Part shown: positions 1-13,608 of the stretch, in pieces
Position numbering within the stretch: position 1 is the stretch's first letter
Layout: the number at the start of each line of letters is the position of its first letter
Origin: Trichodelitschia bisporula
Lineage: Eukaryota
Assembly: GCA_010356995.1 (NCBI GenBank)
Contig: ML996697.1
Location: 1-64,000, forward strand
Direction of reading: 5' to 3'
Length of the DNA stretch: 64,000 nucleotides
Translations under genes and position numbers: made by a program
The notes under the pieces: generated by a model
Database searches by the model: none
The model's input: the letters and a program-made list of their open reading frames with translations, nothing else
What the model was told of the DNA's origin: nothing

Positions 1-600
1 CTCAGCCCAGGCTAACCAAACCCAGAGGGCCAAGTCACGTCCTTCATCCTCATCACGTCCGACGACGAGCGCATCTACGGATGGCACATCCTGCCCCTGG
101 CCGCGTACGCACGGCACGCAGCGCCACTGGCGGCGAACCCGGTGCGCGAACTAGGGAACTTCAACGAGACGCTAGCGTGTAAACTCATGATGGAAGATGC
201 AGAGTTCAAGGCTATTGTCAACTGTACGCTCTCCAGCCTATCCATAATCTCCTCTAACCCCCGCACAGCCCACATTGTATGTCTCCCCGTCTCCCCAATG
301 TCCAACTCCCTCGTCACTATTTCCCTTAATTCAAACCAACCTCCTTAAACGCCAGCCACAACTCCCAAATGGACTGCTCAGCGACTTACAAACTGCTCAC
401 CTCCCTCCCAAGTACCCATGTCCTAACCCTGGCTTACCGCGGCTTCGTCCACAGCACTGGCTCCCCTCAGAAAGCGGCCTAATCACAGACGCCATCTCCC
501 TGCTGACCACGCTGCTCCTCCTTCCCCCGCACCATTCTTGTCCTCGGCCACTCGCTCGGCACGGCCGTCGCCGCTGCCGCTGCCGCCGCCGCCGCGATAG
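1..600 (+). pseudogene. ABHD12-like alpha/beta hydrolase remnant (5' part lies outside the window)
   Basis: After a gctaac..cag acceptor the frame reads GQVTSFILITSDDERIYGWHILPLAAYARH..., later HVLTLAYRGFVHSTGSP, SESGLITDAI and ILVLGHSLGTAVAA (GxSxG nucleophile elbow). The last three segments are separated by frameshifts (~465, ~530) and similarity stops abruptly at ~600. Confidence 0.7.
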
Positions 601-2808
601 GGTTGATGCCCAGGACTCTGGTACGGGATCCAGGGGTGGTAGATCTGAATCTAGATGCCCGCCTAGTGTTGGAATGCGGTGGCTGTGTTCAGCCTCACCC
701 AGTTTCAGCCACAGGGCTTGAGTATAAGTAGACTCGGGGTCCCCACGTCTTTGACAATCAAGCAACTTGTTCATGGACAGACCTTCGGTCCAACTTGTGA
801 TGCATTGATGTTTCATTGATCACACATCCCCTTTCAACAGAGGGTTAACCGTGCAGGGTACAATTGTATCATGGCCGACGTCCCCATCGCGCTGGCGGTG
901 ATGAAGGCCCTCGAGATAGCAGGTTCGGGTGAGGAGATCACGTCAATCTAGCAGCCCCACGATACCAGAAACACAGCCCGAGATCAAAGTAAACGAGTGA
1001 GCCCTAACCCAGCCTAGATATCTAGCCCGCGCCAAGGCCTTGCTCAATCATACCCCCCCTCTCATCCCGTAGATAAACCACGCTTCAAAAGCAAAGAACC
1101 TCTATCAACGCGCCTGTAGATCAAAACATGTGCCAAGCCGACCCAGTACTGCGCGATGAGGTCTTGCGAGATAAGGAAGAGCTGCGACATGATGAACGTC
1201 TCTGTCGCAGCGATCAGGCCGGCTCCATGAAATTTGAGATGAACCTCCCCCCCTACATACCACCGATTCGCCATTTGCCCCGCACTCCGCACCACCTTTG
1301 CGCCTTGAAACAGCTCCTACGCGCGCCGCACGGCGCCCGCGCTCCTAATATCTGGCGCCACGAATATCTACTGCCCGCGTGGTACGTTGCGGTCGCCAGT
1401 CAACCTAACGCCCAGCAATTACTCCTTGTGCATCCCGTCCATCCACCAGCGTGCCCGCCACGCCCACCTCGATGCCCCTCACGAGCCACGTGGGCAGTCT
1501 GCACTCGGCCAGCGCGGCCTCCTGGGCGGAGAAGGGAGTTAAATGGGCGCATCGGGCCGCAGCAGCCCGATGAACTCCTCGCCGCGGCCGTGGTAGTCGC
1601 CGGGCCCAGATGCGGCGGTACGGGCGGGATGGTGTGGAGGTCACGGCCTTTTCGGACAACGAGGCCCAGGTCGCGAACTCGAAGCCAGGTTGTAGGGCAG
1701 CTTGGGGAGGAGGTCGAGGATTTGCAGCTTGTTACGCGGGATGCGGAAGGAGGCGGTGCTCATGTCGGGTTGGGCTTTGGGAGCGAGCATTAGCGCGGCA
1801 GGGCACTGGCTCTCGGATTAAAGGTCGGGCCGATACCCACCGAGTGAGTGGATTCGGTGGCTTGATTCAATTGCGTGGCTACGTCGGAACGTGGCTACGT
1901 CGGAACGTGGCTGATCGTCACTGGCTGTACGGAGAGCCCGTCCATCATAGCCTTGCTTCCGTGTGGTATCAATCAAGGCAAAGTGATGATCGGTTGGCTG
2001 AAAGCTTTGGATCCGATTCGTGCGTCGATATAGATTTTTTTTTGCGTGCGTCCAAGGATACACGTCTGTGTTATTGGTTGAAGGAAGTTCCATGTGCTAG
2101 GCGAATAAACAAAGGCCGTGTCATGGGAGGATACCATCTCTCCCATGTCAAATCGCCACTGGCCCTGTGTGGGTCACGTGACTCGGTAAGCTTGATGCCT
2201 GATCCCTGCAATTGCAGCCCGTTTGGACTTGCAGGGGTAAGGACTTGGCGCTGGCCTGTGCGCTAGCACCCCCAGCTCCCCCACACTCCACATTCACACG
2301 CGAAACCCTTACATAGTTCTTCAAAGCTTTCAATGAATGTTATTCCACAACCAATGCTGTGCAACCAGTGATTTGTGCGCCCCTGACGCTCGGCCCCTAA
2401 CGTACGTAGTACATTAGTGGCGGCTGTGAAAACTCATGGAACCTTGGAAGGGAGGGTAGTGGGATGCTGCCTACGTACTAACCAGTCGTGCCAGTTACGT
2501 CAGCCAATCAAGCCCGCTGGTGCGGCCAGCCGTGGAACCTGTCATGGTTCTGGCCTACACGGTGTGATGCCTCAGGCCATGACGTGGTCTGGGTGGCTGC
2601 ACAGTACCAAGGTGACGTATGGGGACTAGCGCAGTCATGTGACTGGTAGATTACTTCTCCAACTCTTTATCATCGTCTCGAAGCAATCTATGGTTTTTGC
2701 ACCGCTCTTCGCTGGCACCGTGACAGATATATATGTAGTAGTACTATGGTAGGCGATACGGCAGCGCGCTACAATACTGTAAAGTGGAAAGGAAGTGGGA
2801 ATGATACG

Positions 2809-4782
2809 TTAACGGCGCAGCTCTCGCATCTGAACACGTTCCTTCCCATACTCCTCGTCCCCCTCTAATATAATTTCATGCCCATCACCCTCCCAGACTA
2901 GCATGGAAAAGAGCCCGGCTACCAGCGCTACCAGCATCGTTGCCCAAAACGCCACGCCTACGACGCCGGCATCGAGTCCCGCACCAAAGACCCACCCACC
3001 GGTTAGAGGCCCCAGCATCCGCATGCCCGACATGACACTCTGGCCCACGCCGTGAATGCTGCTCAGCACGGACGGGTGGGGACAGCAATTGTTGATCAGC
3101 ATGGTTCCAGCGGGGTTGGCAATCATACGGCCAAAGACGTGCAAGGAAAGGACGAAAAGGATCCCGGCCCATACCGCGGCGCCGCTGGCGGGAAGTGATA
3201 AGGGATTTGTGGAGGGCAGGCGTGCAAGGAAGGGCGCAAGGAAATACACGATTGGAAACAGAAACAAACTGAATCGGTAGCAGTTGACTGTGCCGAACCG
3301 CGCCTGCAGCGGCGGATAGAGAACAAACTGGACGGCAACACCGATGACGCCGACGAGGGCGTACGCGAGGCCGATGAGCGGCGGTGGGAAGCCTAGGCCG
3401 CCGGTGAAGTGGAGAAAGCCGCTGGTTTGCGAGTTGTCCGCGCGCTGCGTTGACATGAACACATACCATACTGTCTGCCATGTTCCGATGTGCATGGCCA
3501 TAAAGCCGCGGGAGGCGAGAGTGATCACCACGTTCCGAGTGAAGATACGGCGGAAGGGAAGGGTGCGGCGCAGCTTGGGTTTGCTCTTTTTGCGGTGCGC
3601 GTCGGGGTGGTTGGCGGGGACTGCTTCGGAGGGATCGGAGGAGGCCAGAAGCGAGTACTGAGATGAACCCTTGCGGCGGAAAAAGAGGCCTTTGATTGAG
3701 CGACCAGTGGCAAGGCCCCAGTCGGGCCGGTCGCGCAACATGTAGTGAGTCTATCCGGTCAGCGCCACTGGCGTCATTAGGAGCCCATGGGAACGCTCAC
3801 TTCTTGCAACCCGAGGATGACACACAAGCCGGAGCCGATGAGGAATACTGCGCTCACGAGATTGGGAAGGGCGTATGGGTACGTGATCATCCATTGGACG
3901 CCGTGCTCGCCGCCGATGAACGAGCCGGGGCCGAAGATACCAGGCCATTGGTTGATGGGATCAGAGAGTAGACCGCCTGCGTTGTTAGTCGATTCCTGGG
4001 GCTGGTGAACTCCGGGTCTTACCTATTATAGGACCAATGATGTTGCCGACATTGCCAGTCATAGGAAGCAGCATGAAGGCACGGGATTGGTATCTGGCAG
4101 AATCAGCGTCGGGCTTGAGGAAAGTTGGGGTTGGGGTTAACCTACTTGCGGTCCGAAATGATTTCATTGACCATCTGCACCGTCAGCTAGAGATGTTGCG
4201 GCCAATTCGGTCCTTACCGTCCGCATCACTCCAGTATTGCCGTTCAAGACGCCGCCGAGAGTCCGGAAGAACATGGCCATGGCAAAGCTGGTAGAAAAGC
4301 CGAAGCCGAGCGACGAGATGCCAGTCCCGATGAGCCCGATCAGCAAAATACGTTTGCGGCCGAACGTGTCCGAGTCTGCGAGCCGGCCCCACAGCATGGC
4401 CGTAAGGAACTGTGCCGCGGTGAAGCCCGTCGTCAGCAAGCCAGCCTGGTATGCAATGGTCGAGTCCGGAAGAGCGGGGTTGAAGGACTTCAGCTGGTAG
4501 AACATATAAGCGCGTAGCGAGCTCATGGTCAGCGGTTCCGACAGCCGCGCCAGCGTGAGCAGCGCGAGTTGGCTTTTGCGCGGAAGCGACATCCAGGTCA
4601 CGGGTGTGTCTTTGGGGGGTTCTGGACGGTCAGGTTGTGGACGATGGTGGGGGGCGGAACCTCATACCGATATCTTCTTGCAACGGAATGGGTGGTTCAT
4701 CCTTGAGTAGGCCGTCGAGCGAGTCGGTACTGCCAGATGGAGAGTCGTACTTCTGCTTGAGGGGTCGGCTAGATGCGTCCAT
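2809..4782 (-). CDS. MFS transporter (YCR023C/ZIFL-like, 12-TM), multi-exon
   Basis: Exons with WGRLADSDTFGRK (MFS motif A), FFRTLGGVLNGN, GNIIGPIIG and hydrophobic C-terminal helices; GT-AG introns join ORFs 4164-4601, 3985-4167, ~3790-3970 and 2809-3741; ATG at 4782. Confidence 0.9.
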
Positions 4783-5441
4783 GACGAAGGCGGCTGTGAT
4801 GGATGCGTTTACGGTGGATGTGATCTCCGCAGTTCAAGGCAGATATAGCGACCTTTAAGCTAACAACACCATGGCGCGCCACGGTGCGGATCATGTCTCC
4901 GACCAATGGGTAGACTATTTTTTGTGACTACGCAGGATTTTTCGACGTTGCATGACAGCTGCATGTAGGTGAACCGAGATAGGAAAACGAGGGTGATTGC
5001 AGATAGGGCCGCAGGAAATCGCAGGAAATCGCAGGAGATCGGGAAACTGAGTATGACTTGAACACTGAACCTTGCATTTTAGCATTAAACATCAATTCAT
5101 TCGACTACTGCGGTATGTCTGATTCTGCTTTGGAGTGATTTCGTTGCGCAGGAAGTGAGGTGCTGATCCCAGCTCGACGAGTTGACGTTGTCTCGGCATG
5201 TCGCACGCGGGCCGGTACCGGCCTGTGATCCGGCGAGAATGTAGGGTGCAACGCGGGCTGATTGGCAGTTAATTGGAGGAACCGCTTGGGACCTGTGGAT
5301 TGCGGGGTGTGATTCCGGGCTGGCAGATCGTCGGCGGGGAGACGTCACACCGGCGAAGGCAATTCCGCAAAGCCGAGCTGCACAGCTTTCGGCATACGGC
5401 ATACGGATCAAGAGCAAACACTGGAGATAGGCAGATTGACC

Positions 5442-6408
5442 TCACCCATCGCACAGTGCTGCCCAGTGCATTGCGACGATCCAAGTCTCACCAACGGCCT
5501 CTAGTTCCCACGTCGGCGACTTGATTCGCACCATGTCCCGCGCCGCAACCGCGCCGTTGCCCACGAGCAAGAGGTGTGCCTCACGACCTGCAACGCTGCC
5601 CCGCACCAGGGTCATATTGTTTCCCGCCGCGTTGCTTTCTGCCCATGCTTCCATGACGCGCACTGTCCAGCCATCGCCTTCATGGTGTCCGAGTCGGCGT
5701 GGGGGCGTTGCCGTCAGTGACTCGACCACCCACTTTCGCATCTCGTCCGCCATGCCGCCGGGCGTGTATTTGGGGCCGCGGCGGTGCGGAGAGAAGGCGT
5801 CGGGGAGGGGCTCGACAGGTTCAGGCGGGGGCGGGGGCTTGACGAAGACGGGCCGGGTGGGTTCCCCTTGAGCAGGCGATGGAAGAACGAAACGTGGAGT
5901 CTGAGGAAGCGGGGTAAAGGGCGACTGCGCGCGGGCCGGTGTTTCGGGACGTCTGAGTTCCTGCCAGAGCTGCTGTGGTGGGGGTAGACGGTGGTCTGGG
6001 TGATGATCTAAGCGATCCGAATAATGATCCGGACGATGGTCTGGATGATGGTCGAGGCGCAGACGCTTTGGGGGCGGCTCCCCAAGGCCAACGCGAAGCA
6101 TCACTTCGGCCGCGTCGTCAAAGGCTTCACCTGGTTGCCAGACCTCGCGCGGCTTTGACTTGGGCACTTCACCTTTTCCCCCGTTCCCAAGCCCATCATG
6201 TCTGTCGTCAACGTCAAAGCCGTCGAACTGAGGTGCCCGTTGTGAGAAGCGTGGCGGAGTGGAGAACTGGCGGCTGGAGCTGGACGGCCGGGACGCGAGA
6301 GACTTGAAGCGCAGAGCGGACGACGGCGTGTCCTTTTCCTTGATGACGAAGCGACGGGGGCCGGGTGTCTGGGAGCGTCAGCCTGCTAGGGACAGGAGAA
6401 ACGACCAT
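5442..6408 (-). CDS. Hypothetical Pro-rich fungal protein, divergent from separase
   Basis: The 5442-6167 frame stays open upstream to a ctgac..cag acceptor at ~6369; probable ATG micro-exon at ~6408; contains PDAFSPHRRG..Y.PGGMA.E.R.W. Start uncertain. Confidence 0.6.
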
Positions 6409-6624
6409 GCGAGAGACGAACTGATGGTGGAGGCATTGCGGTCGATGGTCGTGATGAGCGCGGGGCGCGGCGTGGCCTTTGGTGGCGGCCGTAGTTGCCC
6501 TAGCAACGCTTGGCGCGGCTTGCAGCACTTGCTAGACGCACTTTGGACATCACCACTTTGAGTACCATCACCCATGTACATTGGCTACTAATGTTTAATC
6601 GTGCATCTTTTGCTCACTTACATT

Positions 6625-9600
6625 ATGTCGCCTTCTCATATTGAAGTCGGCGCGATCAAAGACGCGCTCTCCGCGTGCAAGTGCAGCGCGACGACTGTTG
6701 CAGCGCTGCAGAAGCTGCTCGACGAACCAGCAACCGGGAAGACACCCGCGACGGCCAGGAAAACGACCGCGAGAACGACCGCAAAAACGCCTGCAAAAAC
6801 GCCCGCCAGAACTTCACGAACACCCGCACGACAAACGGGACTCAGTCCACAGGAAAAGCTGACCCTCGCGACCGAAGTCGTCAACATCTCGCTCAAGGCG
6901 CTCTCCGACGCGCCTAAAACCGCCCGCCGCCGCTCGCTCGACAAGACGTATAAGGACAAATGTACGGGGCCTGCAGCAGTGGTCGAGTGCGCGCGCCTTG
7001 CCTTTTCCTACCTCGGATCACAGCGGGACAGAGATGTCGGAATGCAGCTGGAGAATGGGATGCTAGTGCTGGCTGGCAAGTGCGTTGCTCATGGCCTGGA
7101 CGTGCTGGCGTTGAAAGAATTGCGCTCGCTGCGACGGCGCCTTTGCCAACATCTCGGGGAGGACCTCAAGGCTGAAGCGACAGCGGACATCATGGCTTTT
7201 CCAGACATCCCCACCGACAGTCCGGTGCTCCCGTTGGCCGCCAGTCTGCAGCTCACCTTTCTGAAGGCCATTGCCCTGCAACGACGAGCCAGCGTTGTAG
7301 AAAGCTGTCTAGAACACCTGCAGCCTGACACACCTTCATCACCGATCGCGCTTCTGCTCCGGCAAGCCAACTCACCGTCCGCAAAGGCCAAAGCGGCGCG
7401 CCAACTCGAATCCCTCTCGCAAACCCTCTTCTCCCTCTGCCCCAGCGTTGCTCCGGCTGACGACACACCGACGACATTTTCACCAGCGGCCGCGTTCAAG
7501 CTGCAATACCTCGCCTTTCAGGCACGTCTACGCTGGTGGAAGCTGGCTGGCCACGAGGCGAACATCGAAAAAGAGTTTTGGAACCCGCTGTCAAAGTGCC
7601 TGTCGGCGTTTTCACGACGTGCCAAGGGACCGGCTGACGACAAGTACCGGCTGGTGAACGAGACGGTGCGCGCGCTCGAAGCCGAAGTTAGGGACTCCAC
7701 TCCGCCAGCCATTCTCAAGATTCTAAGCAGCTTGGCGCATGCAGCGGGCTCGCCCGATGCGATCCGATGGACTGAAATGCTGCAGACGGCACAAATACAG
7801 AGCGGCGTTTCGGAAGCCCAGCTCGCGGCGTCGACCATCCGTATTGCCACGCTTGCGCTCGGGGGCGACAACGGAGCGGCAGAGTTGCGCACGGCATTGG
7901 ATTGCTTGTCCGGTAAAGCGCGCGGCGACTCAGCGGATCTTGACGCTTTGGTGGTGGAAGTGGCTGGGCTGCGACGGGCAGCAGTCAAGGTGTACGCCAG
8001 GGAGCGTGCAGCGGGTGGAGCGCTTTGCAAGCTGAGCCAGGACACTGTGTTTGCGTGTGTCCACTTCCTGACACGCTACATTGGGAGCGGGGACGCACGC
8101 CGCAGCGACCGTCTCCTGATCGTCAGCAAAATCGCCAAAGGGGCCATTGACTCGGTGCTACTGTGCTGTCGGCAGGCTGAGTGGGAGGTATTGGATGCGG
8201 GCTTACAGGACTGTCATTTTTTGGCGAAAGAGCTGGTGCAGTGGGCTGATGGGCCGGATGGAGCAGAGATTGAGGACGATATTCGACACACGGCGGCCAA
8301 AGTCTCCAACCTGTACTGGCTGTCCCACCAACGCGCGACGAAACCGGATCTGGCCCTTCTGGCACTACGGAAAAGCGTCGCTGTCTTGAAGGAGGAGCCC
8401 GCCGCGGAACGGCAAGCCGCCCACCTGTGCGCGAAACTGGAACGTTTGGCGGAGATCTCGCAGACGCCGAAGACACTGGGCTTGGTCACGGACGCGCTGC
8501 GTCAGGTGGTGGACGAGCACATTCAGAGCGGCACACTGCGCGCCGCCGCCGATCAGGCCGCCGCCTTGCCACTGGATGCTGGGCGGATGTTGAAGTCAGT
8601 ACGCAGTCTGGCGCTCTTGCTATGGAAACGGGATGAGCCCCATTTTGACGACTCCACGCTGCCCGACGATCATCGGGGTCTTCTGCTAGAGTGGCAATTT
8701 GAGTATGCGCTACCGGAGCTCATCAAGGCGCGGCCCGAGCAAGTCCCGGCGAGGGCAGAAAGCTTGTTCGTGGCGCTCATGGACGTGTATGCGGCAGACC
8801 GGTTTCCCGTACGGCGGCTGCGGACCGTGGTGACGGCCCTGCGGTTGCCGGAGGGATCCGTACAACTCGGCAAATGCCTCCTGGAACTCGACGCTCGCTG
8901 GACGAAGCCAGCTAAGGACAAGGGACTCGTTCGGTTCTGGGACCATCTCTCAGCATCTGCGCGAGCCCTCCGGGCACTCCGGAATCCAGTGGACATCACG
9001 GCAGCGCAGAAGGCGCTGGAGACATGGCAGGGCATCGTCGATAGCTCAGTGTCGTTGGACTCTCTACAACAACACGTGGACCCCATCGAGCCATGGGTCG
9101 CGCAGCTTAACCTTCTGGCCGACTTCTTTGCGATGCAGGGCGCCGCGCACTCGGAGCTGCGGACTCTCAACCTCCTGGTGAAGGTACTTGAGCTGCAGGA
9201 GCACAGTGCGTTGCCGGGAGTTATCACCCGGCTTGGCCTACAGTATTCACGCGCTGGGTTCACGACTAAAGCCGGCGTGTTGCTCGCCCGCGCGCAAGCG
9301 CTCCTCACCGAACCGTCTGAGGCGCGCCTGCGCTGGTGTCTCGCATACGCCGAGTACCTCCTCGACATCGGTTGTCTCGATAAGGCCGGCGCCGCACTAG
9401 AGGCCGCCGAGCAGACGGCTGTGGAAGCAGACATTGTAGGGTCGAAAACCCGTTCGACACGCACGCGCACCATCCAACTAGTTTCCGAGGCGTGTTACGT
9501 CTACTCGCGACATGCGCTCGAGACCGGTGCCGCCGACGACGCATTCCGGCTCGCCCGTGCCTGCGTCAAGCTCAACCAGCGCGCGTGGGCGAACATCGAA

Positions 9601-12158
9601 GGCCACCAGCGGCGGGCGAGTCCGGGGTCGGGCAGCGAGTCGGAGGCGGTGGTGTCGATGACGCATGATGCGCTGCAGGGGGCGGCGTTTTGGGCGTTCG
9701 TGCCGGCGCTGTTTAGGGGGTTGGCACACCTGGCGGCGATGTTTGCGCACAATGGCTTGTTCCAAGAGGCGATCTACTATGCGGAGCAGGCGAAGCGCGT
9801 GGCTGATGCTGGTGGGATAGCGCTTCGCGCGGCGAATATGGTTGATGCGCTACGTATTCGGGGAGGAGAGGGGCAGAAGGCGTGGGGTGAGCGGATTGAT
9901 GGGCGGGAGGAGGACGAGATTGAGCGTGATACCTGCGACGCTGTCGGGAAGTATCTCAACGCGGCGCTGGTGGCACGCGACTTGCGCGACTGGGAGCGGG
10001 TCAACAACGAGCTAGACGCTGCCCTCAGGATTATCGACGCCGCGCCCGGTCTGGAACGGGTTGACCTAGCCGACCAAGTGGCCGCCCTCACGATTGACAA
10101 GCCCAACGGAAGGACGACGCGAAAGGCACCCACCAAGGCAACGAAGGTCACGAAGGTCACGAAAGCCATAAAGGTGGCCCCTCGCAAGCCCGAGGAATGC
10201 AGCCGGCTGCTCGCGCTTCGCGCCCGGATCCTACGTGGCAAGGCCAACGCACTGCTCGAGCTCGGCCAAATCGATGCCGCCCACGATCTGCTCCAGCACG
10301 TCGCCCCGCCGTTCGACCGCGAGACGGCCGTGCAGCAGCAGATTGCGCAGTCGCGGCACCTCGCTCGCAAGGCGCTGAAGGAACTGGCATCCGACTTTAC
10401 GTACAGCACGCTACTTGAGTCGACTATTTCGGTGCCGGCGCTTGCCACGGACACGAGGCGGGGGCGGGCGGCTAAGTTTGCAGCTACGCTACGTGCCGCG
10501 CGTGAATGTGTCGGTAGTACTACAGCTCTCTCAACGACAACGCTGCGGGACGCCTGCCGGTCTGCGAGTTCCGCCTCCATTCTGTTGTCCGCCGCTGGGC
10601 CGGTACACCCCCTCGCAATCGCGCCATTGCTCGACCTGCCGCGTATCCACGCCAGCCAACGCGAGCTCGCCGTCGTGCGCATCGAGGAGGAGAAGCGGTC
10701 GAGCGCCGATCTGCTGAAGTGGCCGTCCGCAGGGGAAGTGCCCACGGCCGACGCCCCGTTCCAAGAGCAGTACATCGACATCATCCCGCCCGTCTGGACC
10801 GCTGTGTCGCTGTCGCTGAACGAGGCGCGCGATGAGCTCGTCGCCACACGTTACCGCGCTGGGCAGTCGCCATTTGTCCTGCGGCTGCCGATGGTGCGCC
10901 ACAACTCGCGTGACCCCGACGAGGAGCTGTTCGACTTTTGCGCTGGGAAGGCGGAGCTCACTGAGATTATTGAGCTGTCGAACTTCAGCACGCGCAACGC
11001 CCGCGACATGAGTGCTAAAGGGGCGCGTGGCGAGTGGTGGGCTGCGCGCGAGGCGCTGGACACGCGGCTGGCGGAGCTGCTGACGAGTATTGAGAACTTC
11101 TGGCTCGGCGGCTTCCGGGGGATCTTTGGGGCCCGACCGAATGCGCACGCGCTGGGGCGCTTCCAGAAGACGTTCCAGGATATTCTACACCGCAACCTGC
11201 CGCGGAAAGGAAAGGCGGCGCGGCCAGTGTTTGACCCGCGGATTTTGGAGCTGTTTGTGGCGCTGGGGACGGAGGATGACGAGCCGCTGATGGATCTGTT
11301 GTACTTCGTCGTCGATATCATGCAGTTCAGCGGCGACCGCTTCGCGTACGATGAGGTGGACTTTGATGCCGTAAGTTGATTGTGCTGCCGATGATGACGA
11401 CGCTAATATCACAGATTGCCATTGCCACCATCGATGCTATCCGCGATTATCACGATGCGGCCCCGCCACCAGAAGCCCACCACACCATCCTCATCCTCGA
11501 CAAGGACCTGCATGCGTTCCCGTGGGAGTCGCTGCCATCGCTGCGCGGCCTGAGCATCTCACGTCTGCCGTCGTTGGCCGCCCTGCGTGAGCGTATCATT
11601 GCTGCTGCACCGCCGACACCCCGCCGTGGTGCCAGCATCCTGAACCCATCGGGCGACTTGCTACAGACGCAGAAGACGCTTCAGCCATACCTACGCGGCC
11701 TCGGCCGGGAGTGGGCGCACCAGACTGCGCCGCCCTCAGAATCGGAGCTCGCGCACCTCGCCGCCGACAACGACTTGCTGCTGTACTTTGGGCACGGTTC
11801 GGGCGCACAGTTTGCCCGGCCGCGCGCGATCCGCAAGCTGGGCCGGTGCGCCACAACATGGCTGATGGGGTGTTCGAGCGCGGCAGTCACGGAGCATGGG
11901 GAGTTTGAGCCGAGTGGCATGGTGCTTGCGTATTTGGCGGCTGGGGCGCCGGCGGTGGTGGGCACGCTGTGGGATGTTACGGACCGGGACTGCGATCGTG
12001 CGGCTATTCGCTTGGGGGAGGTATGGGGGCTGTGGGACGGGACGGAGACGGGCAAGAGTCTTGTGGAGGCGGTGGTGCAGAGCCGCGATGCTTGTTATTT
12101 GCGGCATTTGAATGGGGCGGCGTTTGTTGTGTATGGTGTGCCGGTGTATCTGGGGTGA
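6625..12158 (+). CDS. ESP1: Separase (peptidase C50; Esp1/Cut1/BimB)
   Basis: ~1830 aa after removing intron 11371-11414 (gtaagt..ctaat..cag); C-terminal motifs WW..R..LD, FPWESLP, SRLPS, LNPSGDL, YFGHGSG (catalytic His), LMGCSS (catalytic Cys), GTLWDVTD.D.D. Confidence 0.96.
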
Positions 12159-12528
12159 TTCCTTGACGTCATTTGTAGACAAGGCTGGGGTTCGGGATGG
12201 AGTTTGGAGCTCGGAGCGATGTCGCTGAACGACGAGGGACAACGGGCGACATTAGAACTAGAGCCGGCAAGTGTAGGCCCAATTGTAAATATCAGGACTT
12301 CCATTTTTCCGTGTTGTCACCGGTAAATGCGGGGTTAATGCAAGGCACCGGTTTCTCCTGCCGATCGATTGTCGTTCCGGGGGGTCCCTAACTGACGTCA
12401 TGCACCTGTATATGAGAGCCGCATCCGCACTTCCCACCCAACTCTACATCAGCCTAGCACCAAAAACTCCTCATTGAGCCAATTACTCCATAAACCCACT
12501 CCAACCAAACCCCCACAATCAAACCACC

Positions 12529-13047
12529 ATGGCCGAGCAAGACACATACACCAAGAACATCGGCTCCGCCGTGCACAAAGCCGCCGACGCCGCCGCCAAC
12601 GCCCTCAACATCGGCACCTCGGGCCTTGGGCACGACGGCACTGCGCGCCTCCACGCCGCTCCCCGCGCCGAACAGGAAGTCCTCGGATCGCACTTTAACA
12701 CCGGCACCACCTTCAACCCGGGCGCCGGGGTCAAGCAAGCGGTCGAAAACGCTGCGTCCGGGCTGCGGGCTGAGCAGGACGTGCATCAGAGCCATTTCGG
12801 GATGGGTCACGATGGGCAAGGACGGATGAAGGAGTTTGCGGCGCATAAGGGGATGGGTGCTGAGCAGGTGAGTTGACCTTAGGGTTAGGGTTAGGGTTTG
12901 TGGCATGGGCTGACTGGGTAGGATCGGTATGAGAGCCATTTTGGGGCTGGGAGGGTGGAGGAGGGGATCAAGAATAAGGTGAATAAGATGGGTGGGGCTT
13001 TGCAGGATAGCGTTGAGAGCAATAAGGGTGCGTCACATATGGGTTAA
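12529..13047 (+). CDS. Small hydrophilic Gly/Ala/His-rich repeat protein (hydrophilin/LEA-like), 154 aa
   Basis: Good start context accaccATGG; intron 12868-12921 (gtgagt..ctgac..tag); exon 2 ends TAA at 13047; recurring AEQ[DE]xxxSHFxxG motif. Confidence 0.75.
12879..12896 (+). repeat. (TTAGGG)3 telomere-like repeat inside an intron
   Basis: ttagggttagggttaggg read directly from the sequence. Confidence 0.9.
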
Positions 13048-13608
13048 GCTGATGTTGGCTGGGACAGTGCTGTGGAGTGCGGATGTTATGTCTCTGATGT
13101 AGGGTACATCGTGGAGGCGTCAGCTGAAAGCCACAGAAGGCTCAGCATGTCGGACTAATGAACTGCTTTGACACTGTTTTTCGAAGCCGTACTGGTCTCT
13201 GTTCGCTTGCTTCATGATGTGGCCGTCCCGGTCGAGGAGTGAGGTCTGACAACACCTATGCCCACAGAATTAAATGTCCGCATCTGAGCTTGTCCGTTGC
13301 ATCGATATCGCTTTGAATCCGACATATGCCTCCTCTCTGCAGTTTGGAACTCCGGCAATGCAGTGTTCATTCTCCCAGTCCCCTTCTTTCCTCGAAAGGA
13401 CGTCTCGTTGGTACTACCACTAAATGCTCTCCGCTACTGAAGTGGTTGGCTCACAACAACGGATGATATTCTCCGGCAGTCAAAATTAAAGAATTAGCAA
13501 GAAGAAGGCAGTCAGCCTCCGGCCGTTCACTAAGTCGCGATCTTTCAAAGTCTTTCTTCCGAAGCTAAAAAAGCCTCGAGGACTCAACTGCTCGCCTCAA
13601 TCCCTCGT

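Noticed and set aside
1062..1793. 221-aa plus-strand ORF and broken minus-strand frames
   Set aside because: No recognisable motif; may be a decayed gene but I cannot support a call.
5011..5045. Short tandem repeats (gcaggaaatc x3; also 1876-1912 and ~62568-62612)
   Set aside because: Ordinary slippage duplications with no evidence of function.
9777..10847. Long antisense ORFs over separase, and similarly 22726-23745, 16350-17306 and 29310-30074
   Set aside because: Expected shadows of GC-rich coding sequence.
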